From positions 1,408,001 to 1,472,000 of the forward strand of contig CBDAOI010000004.1 of assembly GCA_965198005.1 (NCBI GenBank): 64,000 nucleotides of DNA. Direction: 5' to 3'. The notes under the pieces were generated by a model. That model had not been told where the DNA came from and ran no database searches. It saw only the letters and a program-made list of their open reading frames with translations. Made by a program: the position numbers and the translations under genes. The DNA comes from Spirochaetia bacterium (GTDB lineage: Bacteria; Spirochaetota; Spirochaetia; SZUA-6; Bin103). Shown in pieces: positions 19,136-29,422 of the stretch. The first letter of the stretch is position 1; each line of letters starts with the position of its first letter.

Positions 19136-19196
19136 CCGGACGGCGAAGTGCGCAATGCTGGCTGTCACCGGTCAGACGGGGGAGCACCCAAATCCA

Positions 19197-20369
19197 ATGA
19201 TCAGGTCGATACTGGTACACGGGACGGCGGTACGCTGGCGGCTGGTCCGCGCTGCCGGAATCGCGTGCGTGCTGCTCGGCGCGGCGGCCATTGGTGCCGA
19301 CGCGCAGAGTCCGCCTCGGGTGTACGAGTCGCGCGAGCACCGGTTCCAGGTGGTGGAGGTGGCGTCCGGACTGGAGCATCCGTGGGCCGTGGCGTTTCTG
19401 CCCGGCGGCGATCTGCTGGTCACCGAGCGCTCGGGCCGGCTGGTGCGCATTGCCGAGGACGGCCGTCGTGTCGGTATCGCCGGGCTGCCACAGGTCGCCG
19501 CGGTCGATCAGGGCGGGCTGCTCGATCTGGTGCTGGATCCGCGGTTCCCCGCCAACCGGTTGCTCTACTTCTCCTATTCGGAACGGGCCGGCGGCGGCTT
19601 GCGTACCGCGGTGGCGCGGGCCGAGCTGGACGGCGACCGGCTGGTCGGCGTACGCGCCATCTTCGCCATGAACCGCTCGTCCGGGGGCGGCCGCCACTTC
19701 GGCTCGCGCCTGGCGTTCCTGGCGGACGGGGATCTGGTGATCACGCTCGGCGAGCGCGGCCAGCGGCACCGCGCCCAGGACCCCGCCGACCACGCCGGCT
19801 CGGTGCTGCGCATCAGGCCGGACGGCAGCCCGTCGCCGCGCACCGCCGCACTGGCCCTCGACGGTGCGGCGCCCGAGGTGTACAGCTTCGGTCACCGCAA
19901 TCCGCAGGGACTGGCGATCCATCCCGCGACCGGGCAGATCTGGATCCACGAGCACGGTCCGCGCGGCGGCGACGAGATCAACGTGGTCACCGGCGGCGCC
20001 AACTACGGGTGGCCGGTGGTAACGCACGGACGGGAGTACTCCGGCGGCAGCATCGGGGTCGGTGCGGAGGCGCCGGGGATGACGCCGCCGGTGCTGCACT
20101 GGACCCCGTCGATCGCCCCCTCCGGAATGGCGTTCTACACCGGCGACCGATTCCCGCGCTGGCAGGGCGACCTGTTCGTGGGTGCGCTGGCCGGCCGCCA
20201 CCTGCGCCGCGTCGTGCTGCGTGGCCGAACCGTGGTCGAGGAGGAGGTCCTGCTGCAGGGCCGGCTGGGCCGCATCCGCGACGTGCGCCAGGGGCCCGAC
20301 GGCCACCTGTGGCTGCTCACCGACGCCCGCAACGGCGCCCTGTACCGGCTCGACCCGGCCGGCGGATAG
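19197..20369 (+). CDS. PQQ-dependent sugar dehydrogenase (GSDH/YliI family)
   Basis: GLEHPWAVAFLP, LVTERSG, HFGSRL, GHRNPQG, EHGPRGGDEIN, GRIRDV. Start uncertain (19155 or 19197). Confidence 0.92.
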   Translation: MIRSILVHGTAVRWRLVRAAGIACVLLGAAAIGADAQSPPRVYESREHRFQVVEVASGLEHPWAVAFLPGGDLLVTERSGRLVRIAEDGRRVGIAGLPQVAAVDQGGLLDLVLDPRFPANRLLYFSYSERAGGGLRTAVARAELDGDRLVGVRAIFAMNRSSGGGRHFGSRLAFLADGDLVITLGERGQRHRAQDPADHAGSVLRIRPDGSPSPRTAALALDGAAPEVYSFGHRNPQGLAIHPATGQIWIHEHGPRGGDEINVVTGGANYGWPVVTHGREYSGGSIGVGAEAPGMTPPVLHWTPSIAPSGMAFYTGDRFPRWQGDLFVGALAGRHLRRVVLRGRTVVEEEVLLQGRLGRIRDVRQGPDGHLWLLTDARNGALYRLDPAGG

Positions 20370-20383
20370 GGAAATCCGAACGG

Positions 20384-20590
20384 CTACATGCGGCTCAAGA
20401 CGACCGCGATCGCGATCATGATCGCCACCCCGGCTACCAGGGTCAGGCCCAAAAGCAGCCCCTGACTCAGACGCAGCGCTGACCCGGAGCGCACCATCTT
20501 CACCAGCGGCGTCCAGAGTGCGACGGTCATGGCCGCGAATCCGGCCGCCACCAGGAGCACGATCAGCATTACCAGCAGGTCAATGGTCAC
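20384..20590 (-). CDS. Small two-TM membrane protein
   Basis: Two hydrophobic stretches; AAGGA SD before GTG. Confidence 0.55.
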   Translation of the reverse strand: MTIDLLVMLIVLLVAAGFAAMTVALWTPLVKMVRSGSALRLSQGLLLGLTLVAGVAIMIAIAVVLSRM

Positions 20591-20682
20591 GTCCTTAACC
20601 TACCGGGTATGCGCGTCCGGATCAACGGCGTACGCGCCTCGCCTCGGCGGCTCAGCCGCCTCGACCGCTCGGTTCACGCCGC

Positions 20683-22212
20683 TCAGTAGGCGCGGGCGAA
20701 TACGACTTCGGGGGCGCCGGCGGCGCCGGTTACGATGCACGGCGCGGCCGCGCTCCCGTTCGGGCCGTCCAGGATGCAGCGTGGGCTGACCTTGAGCCGC
20801 TTCAACCGGGCCTGCACCCCGGGATCCTGCTCGGCGGCCTCCGCCATCGGCGCGATCGCGAAGCCCGCCTCGGCGTCGGCGCGGAAGTACTCTTCCAGCT
20901 TCCCCAGGTCGCGCACCCGCGCCGTGTGGTCGTCGAGGAACGCTCGCGCCCGCTGCAACAGTCCGTCCTGGATTTCACCGAGCAGCGCGGGCGCCTCCGC
21001 CACGAACCGCTCGCGGGGAATCGATTGCCGGTCGCGCGGCGGCCGGTCGCGGCGCGCGACCGCCAGCGTGCCCGCCGCCAAGTCGCGCGGTCCGACCTCG
21101 ATCCGCAGCGGCACGCCGCGCTTGACGTGGTGCCAGTTCTTCTCGCCGCCGCGCAGATCGCGGTCGTCGACGGTGACCCGCAACGGTTCGCCGGCGTAGC
21201 GGGCGGCGGCCAGTTCCGCTTGCAGCGCCTGGCAGAACGGCACCACCGCGCCGCGCTGCGCCTCGTCCTTGTAGATCGGCAGGATCACCACCTGGTACGG
21301 CGCGAGTCGCGGCGGCAACACCACGCCGTCGTCGTCGCCGTGGGTCATGATCAGCCCCCCGACCAGGCGGGTCGACACTCCCCAGGAGGTAGTCCAGGCG
21401 TATACCACGTTGCCGTCGCGGTCGCTGAAGTTGATCGAGCAGGCCTTGGCGAAGTTCTGGCCGAGGAAGTGGGAGGTGCCCGCCTGCAGCGCCTTCCGAT
21501 CCTGCATCATCGCCTCGATGGTGTAGGTATTGACCGCTCCGGGAAACCGTTCGGCGGCGCTCTTCTCGCCGCAGATGACCGGCATCGCCATGTAGTTCTC
21601 GGCGAAGTCGGCGTACACGCCCAGCATGCGCAGGGTCTCCTCCTGCGCCTCCTCCGCCGTGGCGTGCACGGTGTGCCCCTCCTGCCAGAGAAACTCCGCG
21701 GTGCGCAGGAACAGCCGCGGGCGCAGCTCCCAGCGCACCACGTTGGCCCACTGATTGATCAGGATCGGCAGGTCGCGGTAGGACTGGACCCACTTGGCGT
21801 ACATCTCGCCGATGATGGTCTCGCTGGTCGGCCGCACCACGTACGGCTCATCCAGCTCGCCGGCCGGCACCAGGCCGCCGTCCTTGCCCCGCTCCAACCG
21901 GTGATGGGTGACCACCGCGCACTCCTTGGCGAAACCCTCGACGTGCTTGGCTTCCCGTTCGAGGTAGCGTAGCGGAATCAACAGGGGGAAGTAGGCGTTG
22001 GTATGCCCGGTCGCCTTGAACATGCCGTCCAGCACCCGCTGCATGTTCTCCCAGACCGCGTAGCCCCACGGTTTGATCACCATGCACCCGCGCACCGGCG
22101 ACAACTCCGCCAAGTCCGCGGCGCGCACCACCTGCTGATACCACTCGGGGTAGTTCTCGGCGCGGGTCGGAGAAATCGCCGTCCGCGCCGCCTTCGCTGA
22201 TCCTTTGCTCAT
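20683..22212 (-). CDS. proS: Proline--tRNA ligase (archaeal/eukaryote-like type, no editing insertion)
   Basis: RPTSET, QWANVVRWE, FLRTAEFLWQEGHT, QAGTSHFLGQNF, SWGVSTR, C-terminal FARAY. Confidence 0.96.
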   Translation of the reverse strand: MSKGSAKAARTAISPTRAENYPEWYQQVVRAADLAELSPVRGCMVIKPWGYAVWENMQRVLDGMFKATGHTNAYFPLLIPLRYLEREAKHVEGFAKECAVVTHHRLERGKDGGLVPAGELDEPYVVRPTSETIIGEMYAKWVQSYRDLPILINQWANVVRWELRPRLFLRTAEFLWQEGHTVHATAEEAQEETLRMLGVYADFAENYMAMPVICGEKSAAERFPGAVNTYTIEAMMQDRKALQAGTSHFLGQNFAKACSINFSDRDGNVVYAWTTSWGVSTRLVGGLIMTHGDDDGVVLPPRLAPYQVVILPIYKDEAQRGAVVPFCQALQAELAAARYAGEPLRVTVDDRDLRGGEKNWHHVKRGVPLRIEVGPRDLAAGTLAVARRDRPPRDRQSIPRERFVAEAPALLGEIQDGLLQRARAFLDDHTARVRDLGKLEEYFRADAEAGFAIAPMAEAAEQDPGVQARLKRLKVSPRCILDGPNGSAAAPCIVTGAAGAPEVVFARAY

Positions 22213-22296
22213 GAGCCTGACGCTACGGTAGCCGGTCGGCGGCACCCGACGCAACGCGCGCAGCCGGCCGCGCCGGTCGCGCCGTCCGCAGCAGCC

Positions 22297-24270
22297 TCAG
22301 TCGAGCCACACCCGAATCCTGGTATCGCCGGTCAACGGCGTGCCGGGCGCGGGATCCTGGCGGCGCACGTAGCCCGAGCCGCGCAGCTCGACGCGCACGC
22401 CGGTGTTGCCGAGCAACGGCAACAGCCGCCGTTGCGGCAGGCCGATCAGCCGCGGAACGACGTCGCCCAGGGTGGGACGCGGCGCCGCCGGCACCACGAC
22501 GTGTGCGGGGTGCTGCAGCGGTTGCTGCTCCGTGGGCGGCAGCGCGTAGTAGGTGGTGAGAAAGCTGGCGACCTCGCGCAGCAACGGGGCGGCGATCAGT
22601 CCGCCGTAGCGCTGCTCTCCCTTGGGATGATGGATCACGACGTAGACGATGAACGCGGGGTCATCGGTGGGGAGGATGCCCAGGACGGAAGCGGTGAGGC
22701 GCTCCTGAGAGTAGGCGCGGGTCTCCGGATCGATCATCTGTGCGGTCCCGGTCTTGGCCGATATCCGGTAGTTGCGCAGGCGCGCCAGTTGGGCGGTGCC
22801 CGATTCCGTCACGGTCTCCATCATCTCCAGAATCTGTCCGGCCACGGTCGGCGAGAGCACTGCGGTCGAGGGCTCCGGAGCGAACGACTTGACCACGGTC
22901 CCGTCCGCCGCCTCCACGGTGCGAACGATCTGGGGCCGCAGCAGCACGCCGCCGTTGGCGAGCGCCGTGGCCGCCTGCACCATCTGCAGCGTGGTGACCG
23001 AGATCTCCTGACCGATGGCGATGGTAGGTTTGGACCGGGCCGACCATTCGTCGACGGGCCGCAGGATGCCGGCGCTCTCCCCGCGAAACGGCGCTCCGGT
23101 CGGTTCCCCGAAGCCGAACTGGCGCAGCAGGCCGTAGAACGCGTCGGCGTCGATGCGGTCGGAGGCGTAGGCGGCCCCGGCGTTGCTGGAGTACCGGAGG
23201 ATGAGCTCGACGTTCACCGGGCCGTACACCCCCAGGTCGCGAATCCGGATGACCGTGCCGTTGGTCAGCCGGCGGATGTACTGCCCCGGGCTGGAAAACC
23301 AGGTGGAGGTCGACACTGCACCCGCCTGCAGCAGCGAGGCCATGGTGAACACCTTCAGGACCGAACCCGGCTCGTACGGGGTGGTGGCCATGTCGTTGCG
23401 CCACCGCGTCGCGGGCACCGCGGCATAGTCGTTGGGATTGAAGGTGGGGCGGGACGCGTAGGCCAGGATCTCACCGGTCCGGGCCGCGGCCACGACGATG
23501 TACACCGCATCGGCGGCGTGCTTCGTCCGGGCGGCGCCGGCGATCCGCTCCATCTCGAACTGGACGTTGACGTCGAGCGTCAGGAACACCTTGTTCCCGA
23601 ACACCTCGGTGCTGTCATCGGGAATGGTGTCCGGCGCCAGCACGTGGTTGAAGGTGTGCTCGATCCCTTCCAGGCCGATGTTGTCGACGCCGACGAACCC
23701 CAGGACCTGGGCCGCCAGCTCCTGCCCCGGGTAGGTGCGCGTCTGTTCCGGTTGCAGCCGGATTCCATGCAACTCTCCGCGTTCACGCGCCGCCTTGATC
23801 AGGGCGGACTGCGCCGGTGTGACGTGGCGGCGCACGAACACGAAGTTGTTGCTCCCGTGCAGCCGCGCCAGCACGTCGTCGACCTCCATTTCCAGAATCT
23901 CCGCCAGTGCCTGCGCGGTCTGGTGGGGGCGGCTCACGTCAGGAAGCCAGGCGGTTACCGAGTCGAGCTGGGTGGAAATCGCCAGGATCCGCCCGTTGCG
24001 ATCCAGCAGGGGGCCGCGCTCGATTTCCGGCAGCCGGACCGTCGGCCCCTGCTCGGAGCCGACCATGATGGTACCGTACCGCCAGATCAGGAGCGCGAAG
24101 CCGGCACCGAGGAGCAGCACGAACGGCAACAGCCGCCGCCGCAGCGGATCCCGCGCGCCGTCACCGGGGGGCGGGCCGTCGGCGGGCAACTGCTCGGGCG
24201 CTGATTCGCCTGCGTCCGAAGCTTCCTGCGCGCTGACGGACGTCGGGTAGTGAACGGTTCTCCGGTGCAC
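22297..24270 (-). CDS. ftsI: Class B penicillin-binding protein (FtsI-like) with C-terminal PASTA domain
   Basis: RGPLLDRNG, EPGSVLK (SxxK), SSN, KTGTAQ, N-terminal TM. Confidence 0.88.
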   Translation of the reverse strand: MHRRTVHYPTSVSAQEASDAGESAPEQLPADGPPPGDGARDPLRRRLLPFVLLLGAGFALLIWRYGTIMVGSEQGPTVRLPEIERGPLLDRNGRILAISTQLDSVTAWLPDVSRPHQTAQALAEILEMEVDDVLARLHGSNNFVFVRRHVTPAQSALIKAARERGELHGIRLQPEQTRTYPGQELAAQVLGFVGVDNIGLEGIEHTFNHVLAPDTIPDDSTEVFGNKVFLTLDVNVQFEMERIAGAARTKHAADAVYIVVAAARTGEILAYASRPTFNPNDYAAVPATRWRNDMATTPYEPGSVLKVFTMASLLQAGAVSTSTWFSSPGQYIRRLTNGTVIRIRDLGVYGPVNVELILRYSSNAGAAYASDRIDADAFYGLLRQFGFGEPTGAPFRGESAGILRPVDEWSARSKPTIAIGQEISVTTLQMVQAATALANGGVLLRPQIVRTVEAADGTVVKSFAPEPSTAVLSPTVAGQILEMMETVTESGTAQLARLRNYRISAKTGTAQMIDPETRAYSQERLTASVLGILPTDDPAFIVYVVIHHPKGEQRYGGLIAAPLLREVASFLTTYYALPPTEQQPLQHPAHVVVPAAPRPTLGDVVPRLIGLPQRRLLPLLGNTGVRVELRGSGYVRRQDPAPGTPLTGDTRIRVWLD

Positions 24271-24514
24271 ATTGGGAGTATCGGCGCGTACCGCCGCGCC
24301 GCCAGCACTCTAATCGAGTGACGATAGTCGGCGCGTTGCGGCCTCGCGCTCTGCGACGCGCTCGCGCTCCCACTGCTCAAGGTCCACCGTGCGCGCGCAC
24401 ACGGAGGCCTGTAGTCCAGCACGCGCACCGATTCGACATCCGGAGAGTAGGTCGACTTGATCGCGGTAACGGCCACTGGCCGGGGACCGTCGTAGCTGGT
24501 ACGATGGTCGTATC

Positions 24515-24745
24515 ATGACGGTGATACTGGCAGTGGGGATCATGGTGATGCTGGCCGCCTTCCTCGGCCTGCGCGTGCTGCTCGGGAAAGACGAGGAGGT
24601 GCGCAGGCCCGGCTGCTCCAACGCCAACGCGTTCATGGAGCAGCAGGAGGCGTGCCCGATCTGCGGGGTCGCAACCGGTGAGGCCTGCGCCGAACCCGCC
24701 ACCGCCGCTACGGCCTCCACACCGCAGCCGGACGACCCGCGCTAG
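24515..24745 (+). CDS. Small membrane-anchored Cys-rich protein
   Basis: N-terminal TM helix, GC...CPICG...C. Confidence 0.6.
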   Translation: MTVILAVGIMVMLAAFLGLRVLLGKDEEVRRPGCSNANAFMEQQEACPICGVATGEACAEPATAATASTPQPDDPR

Positions 24746-24761
24746 CGCTAGCCAACCGCCC

Positions 24762-26291
24762 CTACAGCGCGTAACCGGTTCTCGGTGCGGACGCGATGTC
24801 CGTTTCCTTGAGCACCACGTCGTGCGCCCCGCCCTCGCGCAGACTGGTGGCGGACACCACGGTGAGGCGGGCCTCCCGGTGCAGTGCGGCAATGTCGGTC
24901 ACCCCGCAGTTGCACAGGGTGGTCCTGATCCTGGTGAGAGTCTGTTCCAGGTTGTCGCGCAGCATGCCGGCATAGGGAACGTAGCCGTCCACGCCCTCCT
25001 CGAAGGCGAGTCCGCTCTCGGGCAGGCGGCCGGCGTAGCGCTGCCAGTTGCGGGCGCGGTTGGTCCCCTCGCCCCAGTATTCCTTGACGAAGGTGGTGCC
25101 CATCCGGATGCGCGGCGCCGGGCTTTCGTCGAACCGTGCGAAGTAGCGACCCATCATCACGAAGTCGGCTCCCATCGCCAGCGCCAGGGTGACGTGGTAG
25201 TCATGGAACACGCCCCCGTCGGCGCAGATCGGGACGTAGTGTCCGGTCTCCGCCAACAGCCGGTCGCGCGCGCTCCCCACGTCCAGCACCGCGCTCGCCT
25301 GGCCGCGACCGATGCCCTTCTGCTCGCGCGTAATGCAGATCGAACCCGGGCCGACCCCGACCTTGACGAAGTCGGCACCCGCCTCGGCCAGATAGCGGAA
25401 TCCCTCGGCGTCGGCCACGTTGCCGGCGCCGACCAGCACGGCGTCACCGCAGGTCCGTTTCACCCACGCCAGCGTGTCGCGCTGAAAACCGCTGAACCCG
25501 TCCGAGGAGTCGACGCACATCAGGTCCACCCCTGCCTCCAGCAGCCGCGGCACGCGCTCCTGAAAGTCATGCGTGTTGATGCCCGCCCCGACCAGCAGCC
25601 GCTTCTCGTCGTCGATCAGCTCGTTGGGGTTCTCCTTGTGCTCGTCATAGTCCTTGCGGAACACCAGGTAGCGCAGTTGCCGGTCGCGGTCGACGATCGG
25701 GAGACAGTTGAGCCGGTGCTGCCAGATCAGGTTGTTGGCCTCGGACAGGCCGATGCCGTCGGTGCCGTACACCAGCTCGGCGAACGGGGTCATGATGTTG
25801 ACCACCGGTTCCCCTGGGTCGACGTGGCCGATGCGATAGTCGCGGCCGGTGAGGATGCCGAGCAGCCGGCCGTCGGCGGCGCCGTTGTCGGTGATCGCCA
25901 TCGTGGTATGGCCCGTCCTGCGGCTCAGGGCCAGCACGTCGCCAAGCGTGGCCTGCGGTCCGAGATTGGTGTCGCTGACCACGAACCCCGCCTTGAACTT
26001 CTTCACCTTGCGTACCATCTCAGCCTGCGCCGCGACCGGCTGCGAGGCGTAGATGAACGCCAGACCGCCGCAACGGGCGAGCGCCACCGCCAGGGTGTCG
26101 TCCGACACCGACTGCATCATGGCCGACACCATCGGCACGTTGAGCGACAGTGCCGGCGGCGCCGGCGGCCGGAACCGAACCAGCGGCGTGCGCAGGTTGA
26201 CGTTGGCGGGAACGCACTCCCGCCGGGTGAGGTTGGGGAGCAGCAGGTATTCGCTGAAGGTGCGCGATACCTCGGGCAACACTAGGGGCAT
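24762..26291 (-). CDS. guaB: IMP dehydrogenase with CBS pair
   Basis: [14 protein letters not shown] catalytic loop, ADGG, YWGEG, EEGVDG. Confidence 0.95.
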   Translation of the reverse strand: MPLVLPEVSRTFSEYLLLPNLTRRECVPANVNLRTPLVRFRPPAPPALSLNVPMVSAMMQSVSDDTLAVALARCGGLAFIYASQPVAAQAEMVRKVKKFKAGFVVSDTNLGPQATLGDVLALSRRTGHTTMAITDNGAADGRLLGILTGRDYRIGHVDPGEPVVNIMTPFAELVYGTDGIGLSEANNLIWQHRLNCLPIVDRDRQLRYLVFRKDYDEHKENPNELIDDEKRLLVGAGINTHDFQERVPRLLEAGVDLMCVDSSDGFSGFQRDTLAWVKRTCGDAVLVGAGNVADAEGFRYLAEAGADFVKVGVGPGSICITREQKGIGRGQASAVLDVGSARDRLLAETGHYVPICADGGVFHDYHVTLALAMGADFVMMGRYFARFDESPAPRIRMGTTFVKEYWGEGTNRARNWQRYAGRLPESGLAFEEGVDGYVPYAGMLRDNLEQTLTRIRTTLCNCGVTDIAALHREARLTVVSATSLREGGAHDVVLKETDIASAPRTGYAL

Positions 26292-26478
26292 GTCAGACGG
26301 TAACGGCCTGAGCGTGGCACGTCAAACGCGTCAAACGGTACAACGGTAACCACGGTAACCGGCGGAGCGGGCGCGCAAGCAGGGCGCCGCTGAGCATGCG
26401 CTCGGTCGTGTCCGCGCGGATCGTCGGCAGCCTTGAGCGCGCGCGGCCACGTCAGCGGCTTGATGGCGTGCCTGCGCG

Positions 26479-26877
26479 TCAGTGCGGGTGACCATGCCCG
26501 GGCCTGGTCGGGACTACGGTCACGTCGAACGTGGAGGAGAACTCACCGCTGGAATTCCTGGCCGTTGTCCTGACCTGGGCCTGCCCCGGCGTGTGCCCCC
26601 TGAGGGTCAGTGCATGGCCCTGAACCGTTGCCGTCACGATCCGCGGTTTCGAGGACCCGGCGGAGTACTCCAGCTTCATCCCCCGGAAGTGGGGGCGTAG
26701 GTCCAACGTGACGGTGTGGTCCACGTCGACTCTCTGCGCTCGGATGAGTTCGCCTTCGTACGGTGCCTCCAGCGGCGTGCCCGGCGGGCAGGCCACCAGC
26801 AAGACGCCGAATGACAGGATCACCAGCACGCGCAGCACTCTGTTCATCACGTTCAATGCGCTCTTCACGGTCTTCAT
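26479..26877 (-). CDS. Putative lipoprotein with Ig-like beta domain
   Basis: MKTV...LVILSFGVLLVAC lipobox; beta-rich VTATVQG...TFDVTV; ATGA overlap with the serS stop. Confidence 0.65.
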   Translation of the reverse strand: MKTVKSALNVMNRVLRVLVILSFGVLLVACPPGTPLEAPYEGELIRAQRVDVDHTVTLDLRPHFRGMKLEYSAGSSKPRIVTATVQGHALTLRGHTPGQAQVRTTARNSSGEFSSTFDVTVVPTRPGHGHPH

Positions 26878-28157
26878 GATCCGTCTCCGATCACCGCGAA
26901 ACCGGTGTAGGACTGCAGCACCTCGGGCACCGCGACCGTGCGGTCGGCGCGCTGGCCCGCTTCGAGCAGCGCGGGCAGCAGCCGGCTGGTCGCCAGCCCC
27001 GAGGCGTTGAGGGTGTGGACCAGGGTGCTGCCGGGGCTGCCGCGCACGCGGGTGCGGGCGCGCCGCGCCTGATAGTCGCGGGTGTTGGAGGCGGAACTGA
27101 CCTCCTCGTAGCTGCCGAGGCTGGGGATCCACACCTCCACGTCGTAGGTCTTGGCGGCGGCGGCGCTGCAGTCCGCGGCCGCGAGCTGGGAGGTGCGGTG
27201 GTGCAGTCCCAGCTCGCGCACCAGCGACTCGGCGTGCGCTACCATCTGTTCCAGCGCCTGCGGCGACTGTTCCGGCGCCGTGAACTGGAACAGCTCGACC
27301 TTGTGAAACTGGTGGCCGCGAATCGTGCCGCGGTCGTGGGTGCGATAGCTGCCCGCCTCGCGGCGGTAGCACGGGGTGAAGGCGCAGTACTTCAGCGGCA
27401 GCGCCGCGGCGTCGAGAATCTCGTCACGGTGGAGCGCACTGAGGGCGGTCTCGGAGGTGGGGATCAGCACCTGGCCGCGGCCGTCGCCGCCGTCGCCGGC
27501 GTCCACCCGATACACGTCCTGGCCGAACTTCGGGAACTGCCCCGAGATGTACCCGCACTCCCAGTTGACGATGTGCGGCAGCAGCATCAACTGGTAGCCG
27601 GCGGCCACGGCGCGGGCGATGAAGTGGCTCACCAGCGCCCACTCCAGCAAGGCGCCGGCGCCGCGATAGACCCAGAAGCCGTTGCCCGCGAGCTTCACGC
27701 CGCGTTCGAAGTCGATCAGCCCGAGCCCGGTGGCGATGGCCAGGTGGTCTTCCGCGGGGAAGTCGAAGCGGGGCGCTTCGCCCCAGGTGCGGAGCACGCG
27801 GTTGTTCTCCTTGCCGCCGCCGGGCACGTCCGCGTCGGGCACGTTGGGCAGCACCTCGAGGAAGGCACGGATCCACCCCTCCAGCTCCGCGCGCCGGCAT
27901 TCTACCGCCTTTATCCGCTGCCCGACCTCGCGCATCTCCTCGATCAACTCCTGTACCGGCTCGCCGCGCTGCTTGAGGCGCGGGATCCGGCCGGACACCT
28001 CGTTGCGGCGCGCGCGCAGGGTGTCGGCCTCCACGACGTGGCCGCGCCGCCGTTCATCCCACTCCAGCAACTCGCTGAAGTCCAGGTCCGTGAGGCGCTT
28101 GCGCAGCGCCCGCGCGACGCCGTCGGGGTCCGAGCGAATCTGATTGATGTCGATCAT
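26874..28157 (-). CDS. serS: Serine--tRNA ligase
   Basis: MIDINQIR, LIPTSE, TPCYRREAGS, HQFHKVE, KTYDVEVW, EVSSASN, HTLNASGLA. Confidence 0.96.
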   Translation of the reverse strand: MIDINQIRSDPDGVARALRKRLTDLDFSELLEWDERRRGHVVEADTLRARRNEVSGRIPRLKQRGEPVQELIEEMREVGQRIKAVECRRAELEGWIRAFLEVLPNVPDADVPGGGKENNRVLRTWGEAPRFDFPAEDHLAIATGLGLIDFERGVKLAGNGFWVYRGAGALLEWALVSHFIARAVAAGYQLMLLPHIVNWECGYISGQFPKFGQDVYRVDAGDGGDGRGQVLIPTSETALSALHRDEILDAAALPLKYCAFTPCYRREAGSYRTHDRGTIRGHQFHKVELFQFTAPEQSPQALEQMVAHAESLVRELGLHHRTSQLAAADCSAAAAKTYDVEVWIPSLGSYEEVSSASNTRDYQARRARTRVRGSPGSTLVHTLNASGLATSRLLPALLEAGQRADRTVAVPEVLQSYTGFAVIGDGS

Positions 28158-28262
28158 TGCCGCCCTCACCGTAACATGCCGGGCGCGCGTACGTCGCCCC
28201 GGCTATGGACGCCGAGACGGATAAGCGCCATGATGAGACAGGGGAGTAGAAGGGGTGCCGTG

Positions 28263-29394
28263 ATGGCGTTTTCCGTTGAGGACGTTGGCGATCTGGTTCG
28301 TATTCTCGAAGAGAAGCCCGAGTGGCGTTCCGAACTCCGCCGGGTGGTGCTCAGCGACCACTGGTCGGCGCTGCATGAGCAGATCGCGGAGTCGCGTTTG
28401 GCTACCGAGCGGCGTATCGACGCGATCAACGCGGAGATTGCTGAGTTGCGCGCGGCCACGGAGCGGCACACGGCGGAGATCGCGGAGTTGCGTGCCGCCA
28501 CCGAGCGGCACACGGCGGAGGCGGAGTTGCGTGCGCACGAGCGGCACACGGCGGAGATCGCGGAGTTGCGTGCCGCCACCGAGCGGCACACGGCGGAGAT
28601 CGCGGAGTTGCGTGCCGCCACCGAGCGGCACACGGCGGAGATCGCGGAGTTGCGTGCCGCCACCGAGCGGCACACGGCGGAGATCGCGGAGTTGCGTGCC
28701 GCCACCGAGCGGCACACGGCGGAGATCGCGGAGTTGCGTGCCGCCACCGAGCGGCACACGGCGGAGATCGCGGAGTTGCGTGCCGCCACCGAGCGGCACA
28801 CGGAGATCGCGGAGCGTCGCGGAGATCGCGGAGTTGCGTGCCGCCACCGAGCGGCACACGGAGCAGATCGCGGAGTTGCGTGCCGCCACCGAGCGACACA
28901 CGGAGCAGATCGCGAGACTGACCCGATCCGTACACTCCTTGTCGAACGACGTAGGGGATCTCAAGGGGATGGGCCTGGAGCAGCGCTATCGACGGATGGC
29001 GTACGCCTACTTCGGCCGATTCATCCGCCGCACGCGTGTGATGCAGACGGAGCGATTTGCTGCGCTGGTCGAGGACGCGATAACTCAGGGGGTGCTGTCC
29101 GACGACGAGGCCGACGAGTTGTCCTGGGTTGACTTGGTGGTCAGCGGGAAGCGTCGCGACACGGGTAACGAAGTGTTCCTGGTGGCGGAGATCTCCTGGA
29201 CCGTTGCTCCCCACGACGTGGAGCGAGCTGCTCGGCGCGCGAGCCTGTTTGCTCGAATTCGATCCCCGGTCCTGGCCGTGGCAGCCGGGAAATTCGTGAC
29301 GGAGGAAGCCGCTCTCAGGGCACGGGACGAGAACGTGTGGGTGTTCTTCGAAGGAACGGTCCACCCACCCGACAGTACGGCAATCGGCCCGTAA
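28263..29394 (+). CDS. Tandem-repeat coiled-coil protein with putative PD-(D/E)XK-like C-terminal domain, frameshifted within the repeat
   Basis: MAFSVEDVGDLVRILEEKPEWRSELRR, (AEIAELRAATERHT)n, then in another frame DVGDLKG...DLVVSG...LVAEIS...DVERAARRA. Confidence 0.75.
28431..28912 (+). repeat. 42-bp coding tandem repeat, about 11 copies
   Basis: GCGGAGATCGCGGAGTTGCGTGCCGCCACCGAGCGGCACACG repeated head to tail, with damaged units at ~28515 and ~28803. Confidence 0.95.
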
Positions 29395-29422
29395 GCGCGG
29401 CGAAGCGCGGGACCGGCCGAGG

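Noticed and set aside
22432-24204. Long alternative-frame ORFs (also 14151-15896, 27015-28260, 30138-31943, 31959-33728, 44692-46482)
   Set aside because: GC-rich shadow frames opposite well-supported genes, with no recognisable motifs.
28431-28912. 42-bp repeats as a CRISPR array
   Set aside because: Units are head to tail with no unique spacers, are a multiple of 3, encode a coiled coil, and no cas genes are present.
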